From: Frankiaceae bacterium
GTDB lineage: Bacteria; Actinomycetota; Actinomycetes; JADGOV01
NCBI GenBank assembly: GCA_040002735.1
Contig: JBDUDX010000074.1
Span: 1 to 45,401 of the forward strand
Direction of reading: 5' to 3'
Length of the DNA stretch: 45,401 nucleotides
Shown here: piece after piece, positions 9,315 through 24,521 of the stretch
Position numbering within the stretch: position 1 is the stretch's first letter
Layout of the letters: each line of letters starts with the position of its first letter
The notes under the pieces: generated by a model
The model's database searches: none
Seen by the model: only the letters and a program-made list of their open reading frames with translations
What the model was told of the DNA's origin: nothing
Program-made: the position numbers and the translations under genes

Positions 9315-9917
9315 TCAGGCCGGCCGGACGACCACGAACCGGCCTGGTCCCTCGCCTTCGGACTCGCTCACCACGCCGTCCACCGCCGCTACCGCGTCGT
9401 GCACTACCTTGCGTTCGAAGGGCGTCATCGGCGATAGCGACTTCGCCTCGCCGGTGCGGCGAACCTCCTCAGCCGCCGCACTGCCGACCTTCTGCAGTTC
9501 GGCGCGGCGGGCGGCGCGGAAACCGCCGATGTCCAACATGAGCCGGCTGCGAATCCCGGTTTCCCGTTGCACGGCCAGCCGGGTGAGTTCCTGCAGCGCG
9601 TCCAGAGTCTCGCCGTGGCTGCCCACCAGCGAGGACAGTCCCTTGCCGACGATGTCCACGGTCGCTCGATCGCCCTCGATGTCCATGTCGAGGTCGCCAT
9701 CGAGGTCGGCGATATCGAGCAGCGTCTCCAAGTAGTCCGCGGCGAGGTCCCCCTCGCGTTCGAACAGGCGGGCGCCGGTCAACGGCACCGACTCCTCATC
9801 CGAGCCGCCCGCACGCTCGGGGTCGGAAACCGGATCGCCCTCGACGGCCAGCACGTCGGGTGCTCCTTCGGCATCCTCACCGGTCAGCGTCGACTCAGCA
9901 GTGGGCATATCGCTCAT
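9315..9917 (-). CDS. jag: Jag/EloR/KhpB-like RNA-binding protein (KH + R3H)
   Basis: EGDLAADYLE, LVGSHGETLDALQEL, R3H motif ERKVVHD; ATG 9917 preceded by GGAGG. Confidence 0.92.
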   Translation of the reverse strand: MSDMPTAESTLTGEDAEGAPDVLAVEGDPVSDPERAGGSDEESVPLTGARLFEREGDLAADYLETLLDIADLDGDLDMDIEGDRATVDIVGKGLSSLVGSHGETLDALQELTRLAVQRETGIRSRLMLDIGGFRAARRAELQKVGSAAAEEVRRTGEAKSLSPMTPFERKVVHDAVAAVDGVVSESEGEGPGRFVVVRPA

Positions 9918-10011
9918 GGTTCCTCCGTACGAGGTGCTTGCCTCGCTGGCCCGAGTCGTGCCGCGACCAGGGCGGCGTTGGGCAGCGGTCAGTGGTTGTG
10001 GTTCGTGAAGC

Positions 10012-11097
10012 TCAATGTCGGCCGCCTCGACGGCTGCCCTTTCGGCGGTTGGTGCTGTTGGGTGGGCGGCGGGCCGCGCCGTTGCCGCCTCGCGCGCTCC
10101 CGGAGCCGGTCGGATTCTTCGGTACGCGGGTCGACCCGGCGGACTTCGGGCCGGTCGAACTTCCCGGCGCGGGCGGGGTCGATGCCGACTCCGGTGAGAC
10201 AGCGGTCCCGGGCTCCACGGACTGTCCGCCGCGAAGGGCGGCGAGGCCGCTCCAGCGACGCTTCTTGGGGGCCGCAACGATGGCCGGGCTCGCACCGTTG
10301 CCGGACACCGGGCCGTACGCCCCCATCTTGGCAATGACGAAGTGCTGCTGCGCCATAGACCACAGGTTGGTCGTCAGCCAGTACAGCAGCACACCGATCG
10401 GAAAGTTGAAGCCGGCGAAAAGGAAGCTGAAGGGCAGTACGTACAGCAGCACCTTCTGCTGGCTGTTGATCGTCGTCCCGCCACTCGCTGCCGTTCGGGA
10501 CATGAGCTGGTACTGCGTCCAGAACGTGGACGCCCCCATGAGCACGACCATCACCGCAGCAACGACTTTCACGGTGCCCGGACTCGCCGACAACGAATGC
10601 AACAGGCTGTTGGACGACTTGAAGCTGGCGGCGATCGGTGCGCCGACAATCTTGGCGTGAGCGGCGCTCTCCACCAGTGACGTGGACAAGCCGGAGACAC
10701 CACGGTAATGACCCGAGCTGTCCGGCCGAATCCGGCTGAGCACATGAAACAGCGCGAAGAAGACCGGCATCTGCAGGAGCAGCGGTAAGCACCCGGCGAG
10801 GGGATTCGCGCCGTGTGTCTTGTACAGCTTCATCATTTCGACGTTGAGGGTCTCTCGATCCCCCTTGTACTTAACCTGCAGTTCCTTCAGCTTCGGCTGA
10901 AGTAACTGCATCGCGCGCTGAGTCTTGATCTGCTTGACGAATAGCGGAAACAGCAGCAGCCGCATGAGCATGGTGAGGAAAACAATGGACAGACCCCATG
11001 ACCACCCGCTGCCCTTGCCGAAGATCGGCGCCAGGCCGGAGTGGATCACCATAATGATCCGCGCGATGAGTTCGTAGATCGGATTGAGCAAGGTCAC
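10012..11097 (-). CDS. yidC: Membrane protein insertase YidC
   Basis: WGLSIVFLT, LQPKLKELQ, NPLAGCLPLLLQMPVF, LYWLTTNLW; GTG overlaps the yidD stop. Confidence 0.95.
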   Translation of the reverse strand: MTLLNPIYELIARIIMVIHSGLAPIFGKGSGWSWGLSIVFLTMLMRLLLFPLFVKQIKTQRAMQLLQPKLKELQVKYKGDRETLNVEMMKLYKTHGANPLAGCLPLLLQMPVFFALFHVLSRIRPDSSGHYRGVSGLSTSLVESAAHAKIVGAPIAASFKSSNSLLHSLSASPGTVKVVAAVMVVLMGASTFWTQYQLMSRTAASGGTTINSQQKVLLYVLPFSFLFAGFNFPIGVLLYWLTTNLWSMAQQHFVIAKMGAYGPVSGNGASPAIVAAPKKRRWSGLAALRGGQSVEPGTAVSPESASTPPAPGSSTGPKSAGSTRVPKNPTGSGSARGGNGAARRPPNSTNRRKGSRRGGRH

Positions 11098-11399
11098 GAT
11101 GGTGCTCCCGTTGAGGCGGTAGAGGCATTCTCTCCCCCGGTGCGCCGCCCGACGACGACCGGCACCGGGTCGAAGCCGCCGTCGGCGAACGGCTGACACC
11201 GGACTATGCGGCGCACCGCCAACCAGCTACCGCTCCACAGCCCATGGAACGTGAGGGCCTGCACGGCGTACGCGCTGCAGGACGGATGAAAGCGACATCG
11301 GGGGAGGAGAAAAGGGCTGACCCACCGTTGGTAGGCCTTGATCACCGCAACAATTAGCGGGACGACAGCACCCGCGACAGCCGTTCCTGGCGCACTCAC
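11094..11399 (-). CDS. yidD: Membrane protein insertion efficiency factor YidD
   Basis: YQRWVSP, CRFHPSCSAY, RCQPF..GGFDPVP. Confidence 0.95.
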   Translation of the reverse strand: MSAPGTAVAGAVVPLIVAVIKAYQRWVSPFLLPRCRFHPSCSAYAVQALTFHGLWSGSWLAVRRIVRCQPFADGGFDPVPVVVGRRTGGENASTASTGAPS

Positions 11400-11737
11400 C
11401 GGCCGGCTCGGGCGACCAGGGCGTCGAGTTCGTGCCCGAGATCCGCGTAACGGAGCCGCTCCGCACCTGGCAGCGCACGGATGACGGTGCGACTCCCCGG
11501 CGGCAGGCTTGCTCGACGATCCGCGACAAGATGCTGGAGGCGGCGGCGCAATCGGTTACGCACAACGGCACCCCCGACCCGGCGTCCCACCACAAATCCG
11601 ACTCTCGCCGGCGCCGGTGAGGAGTTCTCGCCCTTGAGGATCGAGACGACCAGCGTCGTCCGCCCCGCACGCCGACCCCGCTTCAGCGTCTCCGCGAAGT
11701 CCGGCGAGCGACGTAGTCGGGCCTTCGCCGGGAGCAT
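11396..11737 (-). CDS. rnpA: Ribonuclease P protein component
   Basis: MLPAKARL, RVGFVVGRRVGGAVVRNRLRRRL (RNR motif). Confidence 0.95.
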   Translation of the reverse strand: MLPAKARLRRSPDFAETLKRGRRAGRTTLVVSILKGENSSPAPARVGFVVGRRVGGAVVRNRLRRRLQHLVADRRASLPPGSRTVIRALPGAERLRYADLGHELDALVARAGR

Positions 11738-11749
11738 GGAAGGGCCCGG

Positions 11750-11887
11750 TCAGGCGGAGAGCTCGGAGCGCCCTTTGCGGCGGCGGGCAGCAAGGATGGC
11801 CCGACCTGCTCGGGTACGCATCCGGAGCCGGAAACCGTGGGTCTTTGCTCGTCGCCGGTTATTCGGCTGAAAGGTGCGCTTGCTCAC
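11750..11887 (-). CDS. rpmH: 50S ribosomal protein L34 (not in the ORF track)
   Basis: Manual translation: [45 protein letters not shown]. Confidence 0.97.
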   Translation of the reverse strand: MSKRTFQPNNRRRAKTHGFRLRMRTRAGRAILAARRRKGRSELSA

Positions 11888-11961
11888 TGCGAGTTCTCCA
11901 CCAGACGCGCTACATCAGGCCGACGCGCTGGCGCGTCGACAACGGGACGACATTCAATCAA

Positions 11962-11990
11962 AGGGTACGGCGAGGCTGGGCCGAGGTCAA
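11962..11990 (-). promoter_or_regulatory. SigA-type promoter of the rpmH operon
   Basis: TTGACC-N17-TACCCT on the minus strand. Confidence 0.7.
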
Positions 11991-12023
11991 ACGGTCCGCG
12001 GGAGGCCGAGTTTGGCGAACAGC

Positions 12024-12053
12024 TTGAAGTCTGCCCCGAGGCGCTGTTAGCGT
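12024..12053 (+). promoter_or_regulatory. SigA-type promoter candidate for dnaA
   Basis: TTGAAG-N18-TAGCGT, divergent from the rpmH promoter. Confidence 0.55.
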
Positions 12054-12200
12054 TCGCCATCACATCCGGTTCTTCCTCCGGCTCCTCCGCTGACCAGGGA
12101 CGATTGCGATCGCTCCGACCGTGCGGCACGCCGCTCCGGCCTGGCTCGCCCGCACGCTCCGAGGGAACTTCGAGCGCGGGCGAGAAGCGTCGCTGTACGG

Positions 12201-12233
12201 CTGTGCACAGGTTGTGGATAGCGATGTGGACGT
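12201..12233. promoter_or_regulatory. DnaA boxes in the dnaA leader (autoregulation)
   Basis: CTGTGCACA (12201), TGTGGATAG (12213), TGTGGACGT (12225). Confidence 0.75.
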
Positions 12234-12449
12234 ACGCCTCATCTCTGCCATCCTGGGAAATCGACACCGCCGTCCGCTCGTCGGGGGTGGTGTAGGAACG
12301 ACTCGTTCGGCAATCACGATCCCCGCTCGCCCCCTCACCCGCACTTCCACTCGCCACCCACTCGCACCCGTTTCGCCGTCGCCATCAGCCCCGATGCTGG
12401 CATCGACCTGCCGACCGACGCCCCAGCGGTCCAGAGGAGTCTCGTAGGC

Positions 12450-13862
12450 ATGGACACCGCGCTGGAACTCGCCGCAGTCTGGCGGGACACCCTCGCATCG
12501 ATCGACGAGGCTGTGGTGCCCACCCGGCAGCGGGTATGGCTCGATCTGACCCGGCCGCTGGCCCTGGTGGATGACACCGTGTTGCTCGCCGCACCAAACG
12601 ACCTCACCAAGGACATGTTGGACAGCCGGCTGCGGCCACTGCTCGGTCCGGCGCTCTCCTCCCGACTCGGACGAGAAGTGCGGGTTCTGGTCACCGTGGA
12701 GCCCGCGCTGTCCGACGACCCGGATTCCGGCGCGCACCTGACACACTCGACCGGGACCGAGGTCGCCATGCCTGACCCGCCGCCGCCGATGCCGGTGAGC
12801 CGCGAGCCGGCCCGGCGGCCGCAACCGGCCCGCCTGAATGAGAAGTATCGTTTCGAGACTTTTGTCACCGGCTCGAGCAATCGATTCGCGCACGCCGCAG
12901 CGGTCGCCGCGGCGGAAGCGCCGGCCAAGGCGTACAACCCGCTGTTCATCTACGGCGATTCCGGTCTGGGCAAGACGCATCTGCTTCATGCGATCGGGCA
13001 CTACACCCAGTACCTGTTCGACGGATCCCAGATCCGGTACGTGAACTCCGAGGAGTTCACCAACGACTTCATCAACTCGATCCGCGACGACAAGGCGTCA
13101 GCCTTTCAGCGCCGATATCGAGACGTCGACGTGCTGCTGGTCGATGACATCCAATTTCTGGCGAACAAAGAACGCACTCAAGAAGAGTTCTTCCATACCT
13201 TCAATGCCTTGCACAACAACGGCAAGCAGCTGGTGATCAGCTCCGACCGGCCACCCAAACAGCTGTCGACGCTGGAGGACCGGTTACGGAACCGATTCGA
13301 GTGGGGGCTGATCACCGACATTCAGCCGCCCGAGTTGGAAACACGCATAGCTATCCTGCGCAAGAAGGCGGCAGCCGAACATCTTGACGTGCCGCCAGAA
13401 GTACTGGAATACATCGCTTCCAAGATTTCTCGCAACATTCGGGAGCTGGAAGGCGCGCTGATCCGGGTGACCGCCTTCGCCAGCATCAATCGCCAGCCGG
13501 TGGACCTGACGGCGACCGTCGTGGTGCTGAAAGACTTGGTCAGCGACACCGCCGAACCCGAGATCACCGCTGCCGACATCATGGGCGCCACCGCGTCGTA
13601 CTTCCAGATCAGCCTGGAGGACCTCTGCGGTTCTTCCCGAAGCCGGGCGCTGGTCACTGCCCGACAGATCGCGATGTACCTCTGCCGAGAACTTACCGAC
13701 ATGTCCCTCCCTCGCATCGGGCAGACCTTCGGCGGGCGCGACCACACCACCGTCATGCACGCGGAGCGCAAGATCCGCGCGCTGATGGCCGAGCGCCGGG
13801 TGATCTTCGATCAGGTCGTCGCGTTGACGAATCTGATCAAGTCACAGGGACGGCGGTCGTGA
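12450..13862 (+). CDS. dnaA: Chromosomal replication initiator DnaA
   Basis: [42 protein letters not shown]. Confidence 0.99.
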   Translation: MDTALELAAVWRDTLASIDEAVVPTRQRVWLDLTRPLALVDDTVLLAAPNDLTKDMLDSRLRPLLGPALSSRLGREVRVLVTVEPALSDDPDSGAHLTHSTGTEVAMPDPPPPMPVSREPARRPQPARLNEKYRFETFVTGSSNRFAHAAAVAAAEAPAKAYNPLFIYGDSGLGKTHLLHAIGHYTQYLFDGSQIRYVNSEEFTNDFINSIRDDKASAFQRRYRDVDVLLVDDIQFLANKERTQEEFFHTFNALHNNGKQLVISSDRPPKQLSTLEDRLRNRFEWGLITDIQPPELETRIAILRKKAAAEHLDVPPEVLEYIASKISRNIRELEGALIRVTAFASINRQPVDLTATVVVLKDLVSDTAEPEITAADIMGATASYFQISLEDLCGSSRSRALVTARQIAMYLCRELTDMSLPRIGQTFGGRDHTTVMHAERKIRALMAERRVIFDQVVALTNLIKSQGRRS

Positions 13863-14149
13863 CTCGGTCACGCTGTGCACAGGATGGGGACAACGTTGTG
13901 GACGGTTCCCGTAGGCGCGCTGCGCGATGTGGGTGACCGACCGCGATGCGGCGCTCAACCACAGTGACCGGCGGTTGTGCACTGGGCGCCACACACCCGG
14001 TGTGGACCCGGAAAGGCTCGCTGACCTGCGACGGAGGCGGTTATCCACCGTGTCCACCACCCCTACTACTACGACGTACTTGTCACTATCCAGGCGACTA
14101 AATCCAGAGCAGTAGCCCAACCTCCGACTCAGCAGAAACGGCGGATGAC
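13863..14149. other. Replication origin oriC (dnaA-dnaN intergenic)
   Basis: Multiple DnaA-box-like 9-mers (CTGTGCACA 13873, TGGGGACAA 13885, TGTGGACGG 13897, TTGTGCACT 13975, TGTGGACCC 14001, TTATCCACC 14041, GTGTCCACC 14050), followed by DnaA-trios CTA-CTA-CTA-CGA (14063-14074). Confidence 0.92.
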
Positions 14150-15262
14150 ATGAGGTTTCGCGTCGAGCGGGATGCGTTGGCCGACGCGGTGGCCTGGAGC
14201 GCCCGGTCCCTACCGAGCCGCCCCGCGTTGCCGCTGCTCGCCGGGTTGGTGCTCGAGGTGCTGGACGGGACTCTGACGGTCGCCGGCTTCGATTACGAGA
14301 TCTCCACCCAAGCCACCCTGGACGCCAGCGCGGACACTGACGGCCGGGCGCTGGTCTCCGGACGGCTGTTGGCGGAGATCACCAGGAGCCTGCCGGCGTC
14401 GCCCGTCGAGGTGGCGACGGAGGGCGCCCGGGTGATGCTGCGGTGTGGCTCAGCGCGTTTCGCCCTGCCGACCATGGCGGTGAGCGACTACCCGGAGCTG
14501 CCGTCGATGCCCTCGCTGGCCGGCTCGGTGGGCAGTGACGCCTTCGCGGCCGCCGTCTCTTCGGTGGCGGTAGCTGCCGGTCGGGACGAAACCCTTCCGG
14601 TCCTCACCGGGGTCAAGTTGTCCATCAACGGAGCTGAGCTGACCCTGGCGGCGACGGACCGGTACCGGCTGGCGGTCCGCACCTTGCCGTGGCAGCCGGT
14701 CTCCGACCTAGGTTCGGCCAATGCCCTGGTGCCGGCCCGGACGCTTGCCGAGAGTGCGAAGTCGCTCACCGGCGGTGCCGAGGTGAATATCTCTTTCGAA
14801 GTGGGCACCGCCGGCGCCGGATTGATCGGTTTCGAAGGCGGTCGTCGCCGGACCACGACACGTCTTCTCGACGGCGACTTTCCGAAGTACCAGTCGCTGA
14901 TGCCGACCGAGACGGCCGCCACCGCCCGGCTGTCCTCCGCCGCGTTGGTCGAGTCGGTCCGCCGGGTGGCGTTGGTCGCTGCGCGGACCGCCCCGGTCCG
15001 GCTGAGCTTCGCCGACGCGGAGCTGCGACTGGAGGCCGGCGGCAGCGACGAGGCGCAGGCCTCGGAGACGCTCGAAGTGGCGTACGAGGGGGAGCCGATG
15101 ACGATTGCGTTCAACCCGGGTTTCCTCCTCGACGCCTTGGGGGCGTTGGACTCCGACGACGTCGCCATGTCGTTCACCACCCCCACCAAGCCGGCAGTGC
15201 TCACCGGCAAGGATCCTCAGGTCTACCGGCACCTGCTGATGCCGGTGCGCCTCGCCGGGTGA
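14150..15262 (+). CDS. dnaN: DNA polymerase III beta clamp
   Basis: MRFRVERDALADAV, AATDRYRLA, IAFNPGFLLD, LLMPVR. Confidence 0.98.
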   Translation: MRFRVERDALADAVAWSARSLPSRPALPLLAGLVLEVLDGTLTVAGFDYEISTQATLDASADTDGRALVSGRLLAEITRSLPASPVEVATEGARVMLRCGSARFALPTMAVSDYPELPSMPSLAGSVGSDAFAAAVSSVAVAAGRDETLPVLTGVKLSINGAELTLAATDRYRLAVRTLPWQPVSDLGSANALVPARTLAESAKSLTGGAEVNISFEVGTAGAGLIGFEGGRRRTTTRLLDGDFPKYQSLMPTETAATARLSSAALVESVRRVALVAARTAPVRLSFADAELRLEAGGSDEAQASETLEVAYEGEPMTIAFNPGFLLDALGALDSDDVAMSFTTPTKPAVLTGKDPQVYRHLLMPVRLAG

Positions 15263-15334
15263 CGGTCTTCCCGATCGACCCGCGGAGCGGGTACCGTCCG
15301 CCTGCAACAGCCCGCGCGAGCATGGAGGCACCGC

Positions 15335-16270
15335 ATGCAACTCGGCATCATCGGCTTGGGCAAGATGGGCGCCAACATGGCGGAGCGGTTGCGCCGCGGC
15401 GGTCATGAGATCATCGGGTTCGACCGCAACCCCGACCACGCCGACGTGGGTTCGCTCGAGGAGTTGATCGGTCGCCTGCAGGCGCCGCGGCACGTCTGGA
15501 TCATGGTCCCGGCGGGCGACGCGACGTATCAGACCGTTGACGCCTTGGCCGCGCTGCTCGACGCCGGTGACGTGATCGTGGACGGCGGAAACTCCCGCTA
15601 CCTCGACGATCAGCGGCACGCTGTGGACCTGCAGGACAAGGGCATCGGCTTCGTCGACGCCGGAGTCTCCGGCGGTATCTGGGGGCTTACCGAAGGCTAT
15701 GCGCTGATGGTCGGCGGCTCCGAGGAACACATCGCCCAGCTCCGGCCGATCTTCGATACCCTCAAACCGGAGGGGGAGTTCGGCTTCGTCCACGCTGGGG
15801 GAGTGGGTGCCGGCCACTTCGCGAAGATGGTTCACAACGGCATCGAGTACGGCATGATGCAGGCGTACGCGGAGGGGTACGAGCTGCTCACGGCTACCAA
15901 AACGGTCACGAACGTTCCGGCTGTCTTCGCCTCCTGGAAGCGCGGCACGGTGATCCGGTCCTGGCTGCTGGACCTGTTGGTCCGCGCGCTCGAGCACGAC
16001 CCGGTGCTCGCGGAGTTGCGCGGCTACGCCGAAGACTCCGGCGAGGGCCGCTGGACGGTGGAGGCAGCGGTCGACCACGCAGTTCCGATGCCGGTGATCA
16101 CTGCTGCGTTGTTCGCCCGGTTCGCTTCCCGGCAGGACGCCTCGCCGGCGATGAAGGTTGTCGCGGCGCTGCGTAACCAGTTCGGCGGCCACGCCATCAC
16201 CGCGGCCGCCGGTGAGGTGGAGAAGGGCGCCGACGCGCCGGGCGCGGACGTCGAACCCCCGGTCGGCTAG
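15335..16270 (+). CDS. gnd: 6-phosphogluconate dehydrogenase, decarboxylating (short type)
   Basis: [40 protein letters not shown]; typical actinobacterial position between dnaN and recF. Confidence 0.95.
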   Translation: MQLGIIGLGKMGANMAERLRRGGHEIIGFDRNPDHADVGSLEELIGRLQAPRHVWIMVPAGDATYQTVDALAALLDAGDVIVDGGNSRYLDDQRHAVDLQDKGIGFVDAGVSGGIWGLTEGYALMVGGSEEHIAQLRPIFDTLKPEGEFGFVHAGGVGAGHFAKMVHNGIEYGMMQAYAEGYELLTATKTVTNVPAVFASWKRGTVIRSWLLDLLVRALEHDPVLAELRGYAEDSGEGRWTVEAAVDHAVPMPVITAALFARFASRQDASPAMKVVAALRNQFGGHAITAAAGEVEKGADAPGADVEPPVG

Positions 16271-16275
16271 CTCGG

Positions 16276-17409
16276 GTGTACCTACGCGCGCTGTCGCTGG
16301 CCGACTTCCGGTCCTACACCGCACTGGACCTCTCCCTGGACCCCGGCGTGGTCGTGCTGCACGGCCCCAACGGGCAGGGCAAGACCAACTTGATCGAGGC
16401 GATCGGCTACCTCGCCCATCAGGACAGCCACCGGGCCGGCACCACCGCGCCGCTGGTCCGGGCCGGCGCGGAACGGGCGGTGTTACGGACCGCGGTGGTC
16501 CGTGACGGGCGGGAAGCGCTGATCGAGTTGGAGTTGACCCCCGGCCGGGCGTCTCGGGCGCGGATCAACCGGTCCCCGGTACCCCGGGCCCGGGAGGCAC
16601 TCGGGCTGCTGCGGAGCGTGCTCTTCGCGCCGGAGGACCTGGCGCTGGTCAAGGGCGACCCCGCGGAGCGACGTCGGTACCTTGATGATCTTCTGGTGGC
16701 CCGCGCGCCGCGGTACGCCGGGGTACGGGCGGACTACGACCGGGTGGTCAAACAGCGCGCCACGTTGCTGAAGTCCGCCGGCACCGCCGGGCGGATGGCG
16801 CGCCGCGGCGGTGATCTGGGCACTCTCGACGTCTGGGACGGCCACCTCGCCCGGTACGGCTCGGAGTTGCTGGCCGCCCGGTTGGATCTGCTGGAGGCGT
16901 TGCGTCCGCTGGTGGACAAGGCGTACGCCGCCGTCGCCGGACCGGGAGCGGGTACCGAACTGGGGTACCGGTGCACTGCCCTACCCGATTCCGCCGCCGG
17001 AAGCAGTCGAGAGGAGTTGGCGGCCGGGTTGCTCGCCGAGATGGCCCGGCAACGTACTGCCGAGATCGAGCGCGGGGTATGCCTGGTGGGTCCGCACCGC
17101 GACGACCTGATCCTGTCACTCGGTGCCCTGCCGGCTCGGGGGTACGCCAGTCAGGGCGAGTCCTGGTCGCTGGCGTTGGCCCTGCGGTTGGCGTCCTACG
17201 ATCTGCTGCGCAGCGACGGCGGCGAGCCGGTACTGCTGCTCGACGACGTGTTCGCCGAACTCGATGCCACCCGCCGATCCCGCCTGGCCGAGCTGGTGGG
17301 TGCCGCCGAGCAGGTCATCGTCACCGCGGCGGTGCTGAGCGATGTCCCCGAGATCGGACCGCGCACCACGTACGCGGTCGCGTCCGGGAGTGTCCACCTT
17401 GTCGCCTGA
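16276..17409 (+). CDS. recF: DNA replication/repair protein RecF
   Basis: [33 protein letters not shown]. Confidence 0.97.
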   Translation: MYLRALSLADFRSYTALDLSLDPGVVVLHGPNGQGKTNLIEAIGYLAHQDSHRAGTTAPLVRAGAERAVLRTAVVRDGREALIELELTPGRASRARINRSPVPRAREALGLLRSVLFAPEDLALVKGDPAERRRYLDDLLVARAPRYAGVRADYDRVVKQRATLLKSAGTAGRMARRGGDLGTLDVWDGHLARYGSELLAARLDLLEALRPLVDKAYAAVAGPGAGTELGYRCTALPDSAAGSSREELAAGLLAEMARQRTAEIERGVCLVGPHRDDLILSLGALPARGYASQGESWSLALALRLASYDLLRSDGGEPVLLLDDVFAELDATRRSRLAELVGAAEQVIVTAAVLSDVPEIGPRTTYAVASGSVHLVA

Positions 17410-17941
17410 CGTGCCAGGTGAGCTTCCGGCGCAGGCCGGTGCCTTCGACGAGTCCGGCACCAACGACCTGATGCGCCAAGCCATGGCCCGGGCGCGGGCG
17501 CAGGCTCGCCGCAGTGGCAGCCGGATCGCCCGCCCGGGACCGAGCCGGCCGGTACCGGCCGATCGAAGCGGCGCCTGGCCCGACGAGCGGGACCCGCAGC
17601 TGCTGTCCGCCGAACTGGACCGGCTGGTCGCGGCTCAAGGCTGGGAGGCGACCTTGCCGACGGCGACCGTGATGGGCGCCTGGGACGGACTGGTCGGCGC
17701 CGAGGTCGCTGCGCATTGCCGTCCCGAGCGACTGATCGACGGTGAGCTGGTACTGGTCGCGGAATCGACCGCATGGGCCACCCAGTTGCGCCTGCTCACC
17801 CGACCGTTGCTGAAGCGGTTGGCCGCCGAACTCGGCGAGGGCGTGGTCACCTCACTTCGGGTGCACGGCCCGACGGCACCGAGTTGGCGCCGCGGACCAC
17901 GTCGGGTGACCGGACGCGGACCCCGGGACACCTACGGCTAG
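17390..17941 (+). CDS. DUF721/DciA-family protein
   Basis: [35 protein letters not shown]-terminus; located between recF and gyrB; start uncertain (17342-17471). Confidence 0.88.
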   Translation: MSTLSPDVPGELPAQAGAFDESGTNDLMRQAMARARAQARRSGSRIARPGPSRPVPADRSGAWPDERDPQLLSAELDRLVAAQGWEATLPTATVMGAWDGLVGAEVAAHCRPERLIDGELVLVAESTAWATQLRLLTRPLLKRLAAELGEGVVTSLRVHGPTAPSWRRGPRRVTGRGPRDTYG

Positions 17942-18095
17942 TCGGCTGCGGGTCGCGGGTATCGGCATGTGCATAACCGGCGTCGTGACGCTGTTTGGGC
18001 TGTTCGGAACGGTAGACTGAGCTCAAGCTGCCACGCCTGTTGACGTCTCGTCGGACCGTCCTGTCCCCAGCGTGCGGGCGGCGGTCCTGCCTTGA

Positions 18096-20045
<1,950 letters not shown>

Positions 20046-20069
20046 TTCTTCGACAGATATGCCGCGCCG

Positions 20070-22567
<2,498 letters not shown>

Positions 22568-22571
<4 letters not shown>

Positions 22572-23179
22572 CCGAGTGGCGCGGCCCCACGGGACCACCG
22601 AGTCCGTCCGGCCCGCCGGCCGCGGCGTCGCCAGACTCCCTGCTGAGTACCAGCGGGCCGGGTACCAGCAGCGGGCCGAGGACCAGCCTGCCGAGTGCCG
22701 CGCGACGGATCGTGAACGCGGTGGCCGGTACCCGTACCCCGGACAGTGGATCGGTCGCGACGGACGTCCCGACGGATCGGGCGCTGCGGAGTTCGCCCGA
22801 TCCAAGCCTCGGACGCCGTGGCCCGCGCCGGGCCCGGCTGGCTCTACGCCGGATCGACCCCTGGTCGGTGCTCAAGGTGACATTCCTGCTGTCCCTCGCG
22901 ATGCTCGTCGTGTTCATCGTGGCTGTGGCGGTTTTGTATCTGGTGCTCGATACGCTCGGCGTCTTCTCCTCCATCGACAGCGCGCTGCAGCAGGTGTCGT
23001 CCTCGACCGACCCGACCAGCGTCACCGACGTCTTCTCGTTTTCTCGCGCCATCGGCGGCGCGGCGGTGCTCGGCGCGGTGAACGTACTGCTTTTCACCGC
23101 ACTGGCGACGTTGGGAGCCTTCCTCTACAACCTCTGCGCGGCGATCGCCGGGGGGATCGAAGTCACCCTGACCGAGTAG
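22568..23179 (+). CDS. DUF3566 membrane protein
   Basis: [17 protein letters not shown], two TM helices, YNL...GGIEVTL; follows gyrA. Confidence 0.9.
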
Positions 23180-23276
23180 GACACCGTCCCGCGAAGTGGG
23201 ACACCGAGGGGTCCTATAGGCTGGCGTCGCGTCGGGGGCTAGTTCCGCTCGGCGATGCGATCGTACGGTGAGAAGC

Positions 23277-23350
23277 GGGCCTGTAGCTCAGTTGGTTAGA
23301 GCGCATCCCTGATAAGGATGAGGCCGGAGGTTCAAGTCCTCCCAGGCCCA
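23277..23350 (+). tRNA. tRNA-Ile(GAT)
   Basis: Cloverleaf GGGCCTG/CAGGCCC; anticodon arm CATCC-CTGATAA-GGATG; T loop TTCAAGT; CCA not encoded. Confidence 0.97.
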
Positions 23351-23408
23351 CCCGGTGCGTGCTGGTCACGGCCGGTCCCCGATGCGAACGCGGAAACGAG
23401 TGAGACTT

Positions 23409-23531
23409 GTGAAAAGACTGTTGCTGCTCGCCGTCGGCGTGGGAGCGGCCGCTGCTTACCGCCGCCGCCAGGCCGATCGCGCCGAGGCGGAACTGTGGGC
23501 TGAGGCGACCACGCCGCCCGACCTTCGCTGA
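23409..23531 (+). CDS. DLW-39-family small protein (40 aa, not in the ORF track)
   Basis: MKRLLLLAVGVGAAAAYRRRQADRAEAELWAEATTPPDLR; this family typically lies between tRNA-Ile and tRNA-Ala in actinobacteria. Confidence 0.85.
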   Translation: MKRLLLLAVGVGAAAAYRRRQADRAEAELWAEATTPPDLR

Positions 23532-23612
23532 CCGCCCGGCCGTGAGGACCGCGAGGCACGCGGGTCGCGAAGTACGCTAGAAGCGCGCTGGCCTGCGACG
23601 CGGGCCGGTCGA

Positions 23613-23685
23613 GGGGCCATAGCTCAGTTGGCAGAGCACCGCCCTTGCATGGCGGTTGTCCGGGGTTCGATTCCCCGTGGCTCCA
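23613..23685 (+). tRNA. tRNA-Ala(TGC)
   Basis: GGGGCCA/TGGCTCC acceptor stem with G3:U70; CCGCC-CTTGCAT-GGCGG anticodon arm. Confidence 0.97.
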
Positions 23686-23733
23686 CCGGATGATCCCGTC
23701 GGCATGACCCCGTCGGCGGCCACGCGCCCCGGC

Positions 23734-24408
23734 TCACTGCTCCGAGCGGGTGGCTTCCGCCTCGAGTGGATCCACGTCCACCGGGACCACGTCCACGGCA
23801 TCGATCAGGTCCACCGGTTCCACGCCGGTCTCCTCGGATTCCTCAATCGGCTCGGCCACCGGCGTGGCAATTCCGGCCGGCGGCGCGGGCGGCGTCCAGA
23901 CCGGTTCGGGGGTCCGCTTGCGGGTGACGATGCCGACCACCGCACCCACCGCTGCGCCGGCGGTCACCAGCCCCAGGATGAGCGGCCATCTCCGCCGAGC
24001 GAAGTCTGGCCCTTCGGTACGAATGGTGGCGACCGCAGCCTCACCGCGTCGCCGAATCTCTTCGACGGCTTGGCTCCGGTCGTACGCTTCCGTGGCCGCG
24101 GTCACCGCTGGCAAAACCGTGTCCAAGAACGCCTCGGCGGCGCGGTTCACCACCGGAGCTAACCGTTCGCGGGCCACTTCGGCTGCCGGGAGCATACGGT
24201 CGCTGGCCACCTGGCGAGTGGTGTCCAGGGCGGTCTCCACACGGGGGGCGATCCGGTCCCGCGCGCTGGCCAGCGGCGGTGCCACCGCGTCGCGGGCCTG
24301 CGCCAGCTTCGGTGCCAGGGCGTGGATGGCGGCGTCCCGGGCGGCGGCAACCCGCGGCGGAAGTGGCTCACTGGTGTCATCGGGCGGAGCGGGGCGGGAG
24401 CGGAACAT
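23734..24408 (-). CDS. Membrane-anchored helical protein (positional analog of CwsA/DUF5324)
   Basis: Amphipathic helical repeats (LAPKL/VAPPL/IAPRV/LAPVV), RRRWP plus a TM helix, acidic tail; divergent from ppiA. Confidence 0.65.
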   Translation of the reverse strand: MFRSRPAPPDDTSEPLPPRVAAARDAAIHALAPKLAQARDAVAPPLASARDRIAPRVETALDTTRQVASDRMLPAAEVARERLAPVVNRAAEAFLDTVLPAVTAATEAYDRSQAVEEIRRRGEAAVATIRTEGPDFARRRWPLILGLVTAGAAVGAVVGIVTRKRTPEPVWTPPAPPAGIATPVAEPIEESEETGVEPVDLIDAVDVVPVDVDPLEAEATRSEQ

Positions 24409-24521
24409 GGCGGCCTCCAGGAGAACGCGACTCAGTGGTGCATCAAGTCCTCGGTGCCGTTCGGCACCCGTGCGAGGATGGTCAGGATACGACCGACCGC
24501 GCAGCGACGAGGAGGCCGCAC

